Assembly (NCBI GenBank): GCA_964016885.1
Contig: OZ024752.1
Span: 744,001-808,000, forward strand
Origin: Eledone cirrhosa
Lineage: Eukaryota
Reading direction: 5' to 3'
DNA length: 64,000 nt
Notes under the pieces: model-generated
What the model was told of the DNA's origin: nothing
Seen by the model: only the letters and a program-made list of their open reading frames with translations
Database searches by the model: none
Position numbers and translations under genes: made by a program
In this document: one piece after another, positions 1 through 13,660 of the stretch
How the letters are laid out: each line of letters opens with the position of its first letter
Position numbering within the stretch: position 1 is the first letter of the stretch

Positions 1-169
1 AATATATAATGGAAATATCAGTTAAAACCATAGTGGGAAACATTTAGTATCGACGATTCGAAGACATATAACATGACGTCGATATTTTAAACAAAATTTA
101 TAATTGTATCTCGAGAATTCGATAGTATATTAAAACATTTTTTTTAAACATTCTATTTACATTCAATGA

Positions 170-385
170 CGGGGAAATGACAGACTCGTTAGAATGCCAG
201 AGAGAGTGCATTATGGTATTCGTTGTGACTCTTTGCGACCATCGAATCGCACAGAGGTTAAATTTGCCTTTCATCCTTCTCGGCTCCATACAAAAGAAAA
301 ATACCAGTCACGTACTGGGATCGATGTAATCGACTTTCCTTTTCCTCACAAATTGTTGGCCGTGTACCTAAATTAGAAACCATTG
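170..385 (+). mobile_element. tRNA-derived SINE (family with GCCTTTCATCC...GATAAAATAAAGTACCAG core), old copy
   Basis: Matches the many copies across the window; ends ttggccgtgtacctaaattagaaacc. Confidence 0.75.
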
Positions 386-1229
386 CCTTTAAATGTAACT
401 ATAATTTCTAAACCATTCTTTCTTCCAACAAGAAATTATGGCCATATGGATGTGTTAAAAGTAATTATCGACTTTCTTAATATTTCCTTTATTAAAAGAT
501 TTTTTCTTGTTTTGCAGAACCGAAATTTACTATCAACCCTTCTAGACGTCATTGCTCAGCCAATCAAGTTTTATCTCTATGCTAATGTATCAAGAACTTT
601 AGTACCTGAATCATTTTTTAAACTTTTACAGCCAAAAGTATCGCGATTCTTCGACTAAATGTGTTTAGTTCCTTTCTATTTTTTCATTTTTTCCCCTTTT
701 TTTTACACCCGTTGCCAACAGCTGTCTGACATCTAGCAACAACGAGAAGGTTTGATGCTAGCAACTGGGTGAAAATCTCACGGCTGTGGCAATCAGGACT
801 ACAGACTTTTAAAACTAAATACACAATCACAGCTATGAAGACAATATAGGAGGAAAATATTAAGGTATTAAAGAAACAAGATCACAACACAACCGTTCAT
901 TAGAAGTAGATGCAGCACTAATTGTTTAGGTGCTGGAGCTGATAAAATGCTTGCTATTTCTTATATCTTCTCTCTGTATTTATGTTTCACCCAACAATCG
1001 CCGATAGTTATGACACGAGATTAACGAGATTATAGCCCTATCACTACATTTCAATATATAAATGGTACAATAATACATATATTTAATTTAATAATATAAC
1101 ATAGTATTGCACTGTTTCGCAGAGAAGCTTGCACTCACTAAATATCATAAAAGTACAGAAAGATAAAACAATCAGGTATTTTACCAATTTAAAAGTAATT
1201 ACCTATTTACCAAATTTATTCAATGAGAG

Positions 1230-3200
1230 ATGTCACAATAATTTCCACGGAATGTAAAATGTATTTTGTCTGAAACAATTCTTTTACTAACGTTCTCTGC
1301 TAATCTGTGGTGCCACAGGATTTCGTTAGGCCCGTATAGTTTAACAAATAAGTGCTGATACAAGGTTTATGGGAAATTTGAGCGTGTTGTTGCTATCAAG
1401 TTCATGTGATTGAATCTTCTCTCACGTATAGTAGTACTTATAATAGGTTGTGGACAGCTCAGTAATAGGCGTAAATCTAAATCTTGAGGAATGCAGCTCC
1501 AATGATCCTCCACATAATCTCTGAAGATTACAGGAAGAAAAAAGGTTTACACCTCTTGCAGGGGAGATATTATTGCAGTTTCTCCATAATTCTGCTATAT
1601 TTCAATTGACCAGTAGCTTTTATCAAGAACGCATTTCGTTTAGCAGGAATTTAGACATACATTGAGGTTCAGAACTTGAGAAACATTTTCAAGATCGCTA
1701 TCGTAAACGTGTAGGGCTGCATAAGAAATAAGAAACTGTAGATGATTAATGGAGACAATTTTGCAGTTGCTTGTTAAGGTAATTTTTCTAAACTTCCACT
1801 TTTCACCTGCCTCTTGAGTTTCTATAGTTTTATTCTACTTTCATCTTTCAACCTATGCAGTGATTTTATGCTCTGTTGGATCAATTTGTCTGTATAAACA
1901 ATCACATTAGTGTGCTTCAGTAAACAATCTGACAGCAAACAAAATTAATGTAATATGTCATACATTGGAAACTGTTCTGAAAAGAATATTTTCAATAGAA
2001 CTTCATAATATTTTTTGCTGTCACATCACATCCCTATCATGTTTCATTCTTCATTGCCTTTTTTTTTTTTTTTTTTGATACACTACTTCATAATGTTGCC
2101 ACAGCGATAAAACTGTTAGAAAAGAGTTAACTGCCTACCTGATCTTCAGTTGAGAAGCATATTCAGACAGATACTTTTGATTTAGATGCGATCTTCTGTA
2201 AACATAATATAATAAATCTATAAATTATTGAAAATAACTAATTCCACGAACTTCTCTCACCGAATCACCGTCCGCAAATTCTAATCTGTAATTAAGACAG
2301 TGCCAAATTAGCACATCAGATTAATGTTCTTTAAAATCGTTGTATCACCAGATTTGACACCAAACATTACGCTCTACCAAAAATTAATCTAGCAACTGTT
2401 GCAAGGTTTTGTTTCAAGAAAGCATCATTAAACCCATGGTTGTTGAAAATATTCAATAGATATTTAACATTAGTTGCAGCTTTATGATCATGTAGTTCAT
2501 TTAGGTCTGAAAACATAAAACGAGGATCACTTTCTCGTTTCAAATAATCTATTAAAATGGTCTTAATGCTCAGGATAGAAATTCTGCCATTTATATGTTG
2601 GATATGCTAGTAAAGTTTTCATTTTCATATAAATGGCTATATAGTTAATTATCACTGCAGCATTGGTTCAGAAATGCAATCCGATTTCAATGTCAATACC
2701 ATTGTTTTCTTTCGAAGTTCCTGTAAGGCAAAATGATCAGAGTAAGTTCTGTCATTCTGTGCTAAATAATATGCAGAACTAAAACCTAACAACTTGCCTT
2801 CAGATAAACACGTATTTATGGTGTCACATAGTTTTTTCAAGACCATCTTCCCTAGTTCTATTTTCGGTAGTTAGAGCATTAGTATGGGCTCTCCATAATT
2901 TGTTATCAAGATTTTGTTTCTGAGAGACCTCAAATATGAACATTGATCAGTTCCATAATAGCATACTTGTTATATCGTCTATTCATTTGACAGGCTCGAT
3001 CCCTTAGAGAATCTTTTAAATTGCTTGTTTTCATTTGTTTACACCCACGTTTTTATCATCATTGAGGCTTAACCAGGGATAATTTTATTCCTTGTTTTCA
3101 CATTTCTTCAGTTTAAACAGGCGAGCAGAGATATAAGCCTGAATTCGAAGCACCATTACTTTCAGAATTACAATTAAACCCGGTTAGACAATTTGAACTA
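1230..3200 (-). mobile_element. Degraded hAT transposase, KIAA1586/ZNF862-like
   Basis: Minus-strand fragments AYYLAQNDRTYSDHFALQEL, FMFSDLNEL, LNYRLEFADGDSVREV, VLDKSYWS..YGE and RERRFNHMNLI...LFVKLYGP (hAT C-terminal dimerisation region); many stops and frameshifts; no TIRs located. Confidence 0.8.
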
Positions 3201-3886
3201 GAAATAAACGTAACAGAGCTTTTGTCACTTTTACAGTCACGTGTACGTTATTCTTGTTACACTATTCAGCTAGTACACGAAAGAAATATTAACATTGGTT
3301 GCTTGGGTTATTAGTGAGAAAACACTATTTTTGTATTAGAGAATAACCCACAGACCACAGGCCACCATAGATATAGTCTTATTAATGAGTTTAAGTCAGA
3401 GCAGACAGCAGAGCTCGCAGTGAAGATAAACTTTTATAAAATATCGGAAACAATTATCCGTTTAATGTAACATTCTTTGTATCGGTGTCTATATTTAGTC
3501 CCTTGCTTAAATGGCTCCACTGACACACATCTATTTCATGCAAATTTCTACGTGTATGCATGGATGCATGTATGTATGAATGTGTGTATGTGGATATATG
3601 CATATATATAGAGGAAAACAGTGTGTTTCATTTCGGTTTAATAATTAGTTAGGTAATTAATTCATTTCCCGGTTAGTTTAGTAACAGGATGGCTATTTAA
3701 TAATCACATTTGATTACCAAAGCTTTTTCTTTATACATTCTGTTACCTTCTCAATTATTGTTCTGGTTTTACTGTCTCTTCTATTTTGTGTTCGGCTTAT
3801 TTACTCCATCTTGCAAAACAAATACAATAAACGAAATATATCTATCTATGATTATATATAAAATACACTTGAATATGTGCATGCCA

Positions 3887-3889
<3 letters not shown>

Positions 3890-3959
<70 letters not shown>
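3890..3959. repeat. (TG)n microsatellite
   Basis: About 35 perfect TG units. Confidence 0.98.
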
Positions 3960-3960
<1 letters not shown>

Positions 3961-4794
3961 TTTAATTTCGACAATCGTTTTCATTTATATAATCCTGTGT
4001 AAAAGAAACAAGAGAAGAGCGTTAAGGAAGTTTCTATATGCAAGGGGGATAACTCTAATCTCTAATTCGCTATATTGGTTCCATTGCACCATACGTTATA
4101 ACCATTTTAAAAATAAAATACTACACCTTGATAAAATACCTGCAAATCTTAGATCTAAAGAGCTGACTAGAATGTCACTGAACTGGCTGAATATAACGTC
4201 TTTTAACAGAATATATAATACGTGTTTTTGTTTTATTTGTATGACAAAATATTAATATTCGCATTGTTAAATATTGCATTAGTGATAAGGAATAGCAAAA
4301 ATGAAGGTGAAATACGCTGAGAGGTGTACAGACAGGCAAAGATACACATAAATAAATGTTTGCAAAAATCACAAAAAAGGGTTCATAAATCAAATAGGTG
4401 CGTGCATAAACAACATAAATTTACACAAGAATACCATATATACACATATCATTATTGAGTATGCATAAATATAAACACTCAAATAGTTTAAGCCCGTGAA
4501 TAACAGTAGTGGTTATGCATCTCAAGCGGTTTTAACCAGTGCTGCTTTGAATATATATACGCGGCGGAAAATTTTTTTAAATATAAAAATAGATGTAAGC
4601 TACTTAAAATCATGTTCCACCTGGAATTGAATCACCTTATCTAAGAGAAAATTGTAACCCCTACCTCCTCTAAAACACCAATGTATTTTTATGTTTTCAG
4701 CATACGCTGTTTTTTTAAATAACGTGGTAATTTGGCGGGGAGGGGGTTAAATTACTTAAACGCATAAGATGCAGACCCACTCTATACTTTGCAT

Positions 4795-4956
4795 CAGGCA
4801 TGGGCAACTTTTTTCGAGCAGTGGACCGCATAGGATGTGGCTCTTCATATGGCGAACCGCACTACTAAAACTTCAAACAATTTTGAAATTAAGTGTACTA
4901 TTCAGAAAGCAAAACGGGCCGCATGCGGCTTGCGGGCCGCAGTTTACTCATGACTG
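4795..4956. mobile_element. hAT (Charlie-type) MITE, 162 bp
   Basis: Imperfect TIRs CAGGCATGGGCAA / TTACTCATGACTG; subterminal GGGCCGCA motifs; 8-bp TSD ctttgcat/ctttacat. Confidence 0.85.
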
Positions 4957-5594
4957 CTTTACATGCTCCGTCCTATGCAGACACGCGACAACACAAAAAC
5001 GTAAAACCTACGAAATAGTCGATATATTTCATTGTGTCATCACTGTTATTACCCTCATGCTTTCACAATGAGCTTGCTGTTTTAAAGCCAACTATAATTG
5101 CTTTTTTCAGTGAATCAAAGAACATTTTCTTCTTATTTTAATAAACGGATTAATTAGAAGATTAAATAATTAAAATATAGTAAATATACTGGAAAAAAGA
5201 ACACAAATATACGACAATAAGGTGTGTGAAAGAAGAGAAAGGGGTAAAGAAAAGTGGGCCAAAATACTAGTGGGCTTTTGGAGGGATCAGGTCTACTTGA
5301 TTGACTTATCCTTCCGATCACTGACACCCGACTCCCTACTTGCTAGCTTTGTGTCTAAATTAGAAACAATTATTTGGCAGATTCTGTAGAGCAGTAGAGA
5401 AACTGCATTGCAGCATTTAGTTAGGTTTGAGTTCGACGAACTAACTAATAACTAATAATAAAGCAGAAGTGAAAGTCAAATGGTGCATGTGTTTTTATTG
5501 CCAATATTGGCAATATGACCATCCCCAAATATAACAATATATATTTCAACACACGGGTTCACATCAAGAATCTTGCAAAGCAAATACATAACCG

Positions 5595-5820
5595 TAGTAT
5601 TACGGTGATAGATTGTAAAACAAATAGTCTTGGACAAAACACATCGCGGCATATAGTTACGGCTCTTTACGTTCTGAGTACAAATACCACCGAGGTTAGC
5701 TTTACATATCTTTCCGGGGTCGATAAAATAAAGTACCAGTTAAGTACTGGGGTCGATATAATCGACTTTCCCCTCCGTCCAAAAATTGTTGGCCTTGTAC
5801 CTAAATTATAAACCATTATT
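5595..5820 (+). mobile_element. tRNA-derived SINE, long subfamily
   Basis: Core ggggtcgataaaataaagtaccagt; internal tactggggtcgat..atcgact; tail aaaccattatt. Confidence 0.8.
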
Positions 5821-6169
5821 GCTGCATTACAACCTACAAAACAAGATGTTCTAAATGAGGTTGTATAGAAATCTTCAAGGGTTCTAATTTCTCTAAGACC
5901 TTACAAAGTACGATATTAAAGTCGAACAAGTAGTACCGCAGTCACCTGATGTAACTACTACTACTACTACTTATATTATTCATACTATTACTGCTACTCC
6001 TACTATTGCTGCTGCTGCTGCTTTTATAATATCTTCATCATAACAATTATTAGTATAACTACCAATGGGATAACAATAGATATTGCAGATATCACAAATA
6101 CTATACCACAGACTTTATAACAACTAAAAGGTACATTAGTGTTCCTAACTGACAATATCAATTATATAC

Positions 6170-6515
6170 ACGAGTATGTCTATATAATTTAGCAGTTATA
6201 CATATAGCTATATAATGGACCAGATATACATATGGCTATTTAATCTAGCAGTTATATATGTGTTAATATAATTTAGCAGTTATACATGTCTACATTAACA
6301 GTTATACATATGGCTATATAAACTAGCAGTTATACATGTGTCTATATTAACATAAGGCTATATAATCTATCAGTTATACATGTCTACATTAATAGTTATA
6401 CATATGTCTATATAATCTAGCAGTCATACACATGGCTATATAATTTAGTAGTTGTACATATGGTTATATAATGTACCAGTTATACATATGGCTATATAAT
6501 CTAGCAGTTATACTA
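6170..6515. repeat. Minisatellite, ~28-bp degenerate unit (atataatctagcagttatacatatggct)
   Basis: Roughly a dozen imperfect tandem copies. Confidence 0.9.
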
Positions 6516-6629
6516 TTTGTCTATAACTTTGAAAATTTTCCTGTTAAATCTGGTAATAACTCTTAACGTCTCACATCGTCCACCTTCTGTATTACTCTAG
6601 CTAATTGTATCTCTTTATTATGGTTTATC

Positions 6630-6885
6630 CTTTCTAAGGTTATGGGTTCCATTCCTAGACTGGATGATACCTTGTATCCTTGAGCAAGACACTTCTTTTC
6701 ACTTTGCTTAATTTCACTCAGATAAAACTGAGTACCAGTGATGGGGGGGGGGGGTATCCCTGCATCCAGGTAGCGTCTTGTATTCTCAGATTCTTAAGAC
6801 CCATACAACCAAGATAATCTACAGGATTCATTGAGCCTGTGCACATCATGGAAAAGCGGATGTAAAACGATAACCATCATAACCC
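6630..6885 (+). mobile_element. SINE with CORE-like segment and RTE-type tail
   Basis: tgtatccttgagcaagacact; tail catggaaaagcggatgtaaaacgat; related copies near 20840-20960 (+), 19800-20055 (-), 32370-32660 (-). Confidence 0.65.
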
Positions 6886-7724
6886 TTTCTAAGATGACTG
6901 AAATTCTGAATGGTGTGCTCATCCGTAATTCAACAGCTTCAGCAAACACAACTGTAACATCCCATTACTTGTATACTACAACTTTGTTTCATGTACGCTA
7001 CTGCAGCTATCGTAAAACCAGAAGTGTATCGCCACAGCCACTCTCCATATGGTATACTTCCTACAATCCTTTCATTGCTACTATTAACATGCATTTGCAA
7101 TCACAAAATAAACAAGCTAGTCACTCCATACAGCCATAATCGCGGTCATGTTATCTAGGTTATTCCAACTTACGTACCTCTACTCTAACTACTCAATATA
7201 AGTCAGATTTTCAGGGTTATTACTATTTACTATTACACAGCTATTTCTGTATTCTTTGTTACTGCTATTTATCTAACACAACCATCGTAAATTCTGTGTC
7301 ACTCTGGTTAATGTAACCAAACCCACACCTTCTATGTTATTCTTCTTATCATTTGATTTATATTGCTATCACACTCGCATCCACAAATATAATACCTCAA
7401 CCACTGCTTCTAATACATGTAATCAAAGTCACAATATGTAACACCTATTGCCACAGTCAATTCATAAATATAATCCCTGAACGAACTCAGATATCGTACA
7501 CTCCACGGTCACAAAATACAACAAGCATGTGACATAACGGCCATGTTTCAAGCCATTAGAGTAATACCTGTATCATTAGTGCAAGTGTAAAACCCTCTGG
7601 TATAAATCATAAATTACAATCACAGTCGCAAGTACTCAGCTAATGTACAAATATGACTCCCAGGATTACAATTTCAGCATTAGTGTCGTTACAAGTCACA
7701 AGTTCAAGATATGTCTTGCAGATG

Positions 7725-7763
<39 letters not shown>

Positions 7764-10232
7764 ACGAACTACATGTGTATAACGGCTGCTACTACAATCA
7801 AAATCTTAGAAAAATTATATATCTGTCATGGTGTCGCCCTGGCTACCACAATAACAATCATAAATATGTATGTGCGTGTGTATGTGTGTGTGAGAACGAG
7901 TGAGTGTGTTATGGGGGTAGTTGCTACACCAGTCACTACTAGTATAACACCTATGGAATTCTGATTCATCTACTACAATGCTATAATACCTAACAGAAGT
8001 ATTCCTTACTGCTAATAGACTTTAATCGCTACTCTTTTCTCTACTGCTGAAGTAATGCACAACAGGCTTACTTGATGCTCAACTACATCTGCACATAACT
8101 GCTGCAAAAATATTTCAAACTCTCCAAGAACTGTTCAATTTTGTACAACTGACATTGCTTGCTCTTCGATTACAACCAATAATAATAATACTGTTATTAA
8201 ATGTTCATTGCTTTTAATTATACCACTTTATCAAGTCGTCTTTATTGTTGGCACCGACGTTGATGTTGATGTTGTTGTTGTTGTTGCCATTCTTCTTGTA
8301 ATAATTACAAATCCCATCTCATCTTCCTCAGTTATTTTTCATTTTTATCCATTTTTTTTTTATTTCGTCGTTTAAAATCTTGTTTTATGAAGGATTAATT
8401 TAAAATTCTAAAACGGAAAATCTACTTCAAATAAAGAAAGATGCTAAATTTCTTTTATCCCACAGACCTTGCAGTTTAGTACAGAATATTGGCGAAAGAA
8501 AGTCATTTCATGGAAATAATAAAAATTATGTTTTTTTTTCTTAACTAAGTAAAATACAAAAAAATGATCATTTCTTTTATTGACCACAATGACAGAATAC
8601 GTTGAGGGTGATATAACGGGTTTATATCTAGTAAAGGGTCGAAGAAATTAACAAAAACAAAATAAATAAATGTTATTTCAACCAATATCAGCCATGTCAA
8701 AATTACAGCTAAAATATATACAGCATAACCCTAACACTCCAGTAAAACCTCACGTTTTTAATATGTACTCCCCGCCCACTCTATCTATCTATCTATCTAT
8801 CTATATAGTGTTGACATGAGGGCCAACGTGAGTTATCGATTTAGCTAACCATGGAACTGTTCAAAACAGCTACGGTCATGTGTGGAAATTAGCCTTGGAA
8901 CATATCATAAAGATTTGTTCATGGGACAGCAGTACCCATGTGGAAACGATCAGGCGGATTACAAACAAAGAAAACATAAGAATTCCAACAGTTTAACAAA
9001 GAAAGAGTTGAGATACTTATAGATTCTTCTTCACCTGGATATATATATATGTATGTATATATATATAAAGATTTACATGTACACAAACTAGACAAAGTCA
9101 CAGATATATATATGTTTTGGCAACCATTCACGATGTGGCTCAATGATGAATTAATAAATTAAATAATCAGCACAGAACCCCCCCCCCCCCCCATTTTACA
9201 TATCAAAGTTAGCTTGGCGTAAGTAATTGGAATTGAAAAGTTATACCTACAGGTATTATTTTTTCTTCTAACTTTAATTTTATACCTAATTGTGTATGGT
9301 TGACGGTATATTTAATCGATTTCCACGTGCTATTGAAATGTTGGGTAAATATGCTATAGCGGTTGATCGCGAATAAATTGCTGTCGTTTATTTATCTACT
9401 ATTTCTTCATAGGTGCCTTTTAATCTTATAGCCTGGTTTAATTGATTTTTTGTGTGGTTGATTATGTTAATTGGGAGAGGAAATGGTGTATATATATATT
9501 ACCAAATGATTCTATGGACATACTTTATAGTATATATATATATGTATATATAACGAAGGAAATGTGGTAAGGAACAAGGTGGACCATAACGCACCAAATT
9601 AGCCGTCGAAACGGCTTGAGCTCAGCCGTCGGGGTCCTACTCGTTCCTATATGTATATATATATATAGTATATAAGAAATTCTGTCACAATTGTATAAAT
9701 AACGTTACAAATGGATTATAATTCTTACAGAATGAAAATATAAACACAAATGATATATACAATTGATTATTGCTAAGAACTTTATAAATATAATACACAA
9801 GAATTTAAAAGAAAGCGAGAGAAAATTAAAAAAACAAAACATCAAATACATATATAGGTGTACATTGTTTGTGTAGGGTGGAATACTAGGTGTGTCAACC
9901 TGCAGAAGAATAAGATGGTAAATAATAGTATTCCCCGAAATTATTCAACATGAATGGCACAGGTCAGTCACTATGAGATTTTGTACCTTCAATACCATAA
10001 AGAAAATGTTTGTGTGTGTGTATACAGACACATCACACACACACACATATATATATGTAGATAAATCTACCAAAATATACGGTAGTGTCCAATCCGTATG
10101 AAGGCAGCATATATATGTGTAGGTGTATGATATACATACCAACACACACACATGTATCCTAGAAATATCGTAAAATGATGAATTTTTTAATATAAGGAAC
10201 TGTTTCTTTGTTTTTATTCATTGTTTTTATTA

Positions 10233-10284
<52 letters not shown>

Positions 10285-11501
10285 TTATTACTGACAGTCG
10301 TGATGATAAGGTTTGGATTTAGACCTTGGGGTGGGGGTCACTTTAGGTTTTAGGGGCCCCCCTCATACACAAAAAATTAGAATACACAGCACACACACAC
10401 ACACACACCCTCCCATTTTACATATCAAAGTTAGCTTGGTGTAAGTAATTGGAATTGAAAAGTTATGCATACAGGTATTATATAGAAAGCGATGTAATTC
10501 GATTGTCATCCGACCGACTAAAAAACTCTCCTTCGAATCACGTCCTACTATCTCAGAATAATGCATATTAGATAATGCTATTCATGGTTAACTATTCTTG
10601 AGAAAATGCAGGATAGTCGCGGTTGGAATGCCTTTGATAGTCGGTCTGATTGAAAAATAAGTAACGGTTAAACAACAACACTACTCATACAGTAGCGACG
10701 AATACATATCTTCAAATGAATATATATGAGAGACGTTAGAGTTATTTCCCTTATGCTTATTTATTTGTTTATATATTTATTTACCTGCTATTATTGGTTA
10801 CTTTGTCCTTTACTAATAACATTGTTTTATTGCTGAAAAAATAATAAGTTGCATATTTAGAATATCACTTTAGAAAATCACACAATTGCCCAGCTAGTAC
10901 AGCGTCCTATCAAGTGATTGGCCTTTTAAACGACATACAACTTAAGAAAAAGGAAAGATGAAATTGTTTTTAGTTACATTTTAAAAATCTTTTTCGCACA
11001 CACTCGCAGGTTCAACGCTTCATGAATAAAATTGAAGAGCAAGATAATGATTGGTAGAGTGATACAGTTGAGTTCCAGCTGTCCGCTATATATCAACAGC
11101 AAAATCGTATCCAACTGAAAACAATTTTTGCATCTAATTAATAGAGTAATTAAACCCAGTATCAAAGTAAATAATTTAAATCTATTTTTAATTATTCTAT
11201 TATTTAAATTTATTTGAGTAATCTATAGAAAAAATAACTCAACACGATTCGGAAATGAAAGTTATACACTTAGAATATCACTTTTAAAAAATCAACTTTT
11301 CTCCTCCCCAAAATTTGCAAGACTTGTTCATAAACTAGAAATCAATATTGACTGCTTAGAACTCAGGTTCCAGAGTATTGATTAATGTCTGCTCAAAATC
11401 ACACTCCAGCCTGTTTGGCATCCATTTTTTTATCAAAGCCATATCTGATTTCACTCCCTTCACAACTTTTGAAGGTAAATGACCAATTGTTTTCCTGTTA
11501 A

Positions 11502-11697
11502 CCCCGGCCATATCTGACCAGAATTCTCTCCCCTCTTTCTGTTCAAACTGGCTATAACCAGCCACTCATACTGATGTTAAGGTATTGTTCTCAAAATAAA
11601 CATCAAAATCTCATAGATTCGATATTATGTGAGATATTTATGTGATGTAAAGCAAAAAAAATAATAGTGTATATAGAGTAATGTAAATGCTAAAAGG
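11502..11697. mobile_element. TTAA-flanked MITE (piggyBac-type), partial
   Basis: ttaa|cccc...aaagg|ttaa; reverse-complement relative of 20160-20367. Confidence 0.65.
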
Positions 11698-12216
11698 TTA
11701 AGATGGTCGTCACAAAATAGATAAGCTTGTTCCATAAATTGTAAAGAATTACTTGTAAAGTGGTGGACATGTTTGGAATGTACCATCCAAACACACACCC
11801 TAACAGTGTTAAAGCCTCACTAGATTCTTGACCACGTCAAATACAGCAACACTCCAGTCATTGTCCAAATGTATCAGCAACTTTTCATGTGACCATTCTC
11901 CCTTGATTCTCCCATTAGTGTACACTGTACACTTGAGGTATTGCTAGGATGAGAGCACTCCTAGCTCTTTACATTAGTATACACACACTATGGAACACTG
12001 TAAGTTGTTCTCTGCCAACACCTCCTTGATGCATCTACCGGGCTACTGCATAAAATAGTCTATTTAATCAGTCTTGATGCATATTCATGTATGGTTTCTT
12101 TCAACCTTCTCTTTCAGAATTTTATCATTTCTTCAGTATGTGAATGGTAAGATTCATGAAAGAATTTCATAACTGTGGTTTCTCTATTGATATTAGAATA
12201 GTTTGATTCAAAATAC

Positions 12217-12720
12217 ACCAGCTTCAGCATTCAGAAAACAGAAGAAGGCAGGTGAGTGTAAAAACCAAAGTCGCTATCTTCAATTCGGTGTTCACACCAA
12301 CCCTTACATATGGTCATGAATCTTGGATAATAACCGAAAGAATATGATCATGAATACAAGCGGCCAAAATAGGGTTCCTTCGAAGGGTCTTTTAAGTGCG
12401 TAACTCAAAGATCAGAGAGTCACTCCAGGTAGAGCAGTTACTTCTCCAAATTGAAAGATCACAGTTCCGATACTATGAACATGAGGTTAGAATGTCATAG
12501 AAAAGAATTACTGGACAGATTTTATCGGCAAAACCAACTGGCAGGAGTTCCAGGGGTAGACCACAAACACCATGATTGGATAACATCCATGAGCTTGGCT
12601 GGTCTCGTTTGGGGATCCAGCCAGATCAGTTGGAGATGGTTGCTTCTGACAGGACCTGCTGGACGGAGTGTTTGAGGACTCTGCCACCACGACCATCCCA
12701 GAATTAAGTGAAGAAAGAAG
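12217..12720 (+). mobile_element. RTE-clade LINE 3' fragment (same family as 14380-15940)
   Basis: Nucleotide match to 15435-15940; degenerate PTLTYGHESW. Confidence 0.85.
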
Positions 12721-13349
12721 ATAATTCTTCACCAACAATACAAGTAGATGCCATTAGCCAGCTCTTTAGTCTTGTAGCAATCTAGACCCACTGGGCATTA
12801 ATTAATATTCTTAATACATTTGCCATTAATTAAAGATGTTTTGGTACATAAATGTAATGACACAATTTAGAATAAATTATTTTAAAGTAATTTTCTAGAA
12901 GAAGAAAATCATTTCTTGAAAGAAGAAAAATTCAAAAGTTCTTATTCAAAATATAGAAATATGCAAATTTTACTGCTAAGAGATAAACAGATGGAGTTGA
13001 GCTCCTCACAATCAGGATACACAACTTGCCATAACTCCACCAATATTTCAGTTTGATGAATTTATTTAATTATCATCATCATCTTGAACAAATAGATTAC
13101 CAGTGATACAAGAATATTAGGATTTCTAGTTTAGGCACAAGACCAAGACATTTGTGGGAAGGGGAAAGTTGATTATATCAACCTTATTATTTGACTGGTA
13201 CTTTATTTTATCGACCCCAGAAGGATGAAAGGCAAAGTTGACCTCAGTAGGATTTGAACTCAGATTTTAAAGAACAAGAATAAATACTGTTAAGTATTTG
13301 TCTGACACTAACAACTCTGCTAATCCACTGACCTGATACCAATTAACAT

Positions 13350-13660
13350 ATATCCACATAAAAGCATGCAGTTTCCAACAGCTAATACACCAACTATACA
13401 CTCCAATTGGAATGCTACTGGAAGCAAGTAGTCAATTAGATTATTATAAACTTAAAGAAGAGACACAAGGGTAAAGAACTCTTAGGAATAACAAGAAGTA
13501 CATCAAGTCTGCAATATTCATTTTAGAAGCTCCATGGAAATCACTGAAGATTACTACTCTAACCAAGGCTTGGAAAAACTTTGGTATAATGTGAAGAATA
13601 CAATTTTGAAGGATTTGAGGCAAGATATTTTTATCATATACTTCAGAGGGCAAGTGAATC
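13350..13660 (+). mobile_element. Possible pogo/Tigger transposase C-terminal relic
   Basis: IKSAIFILEAPWKSLKITTLTKAWK resembles the I..AI....AW..V...T....W.K end of DDE_1 transposases; heavily decayed. Confidence 0.4.

Noticed and set aside
3710-4255. 181-aa ORF
   Set aside because: Non-ATG start, spans a (TG)n tract, no recognisable motif
8850-8880. Third hammerhead-like relic (gaactgttcaaaacagct)
   Set aside because: No recognisable CTGANGA box or convincing stem I
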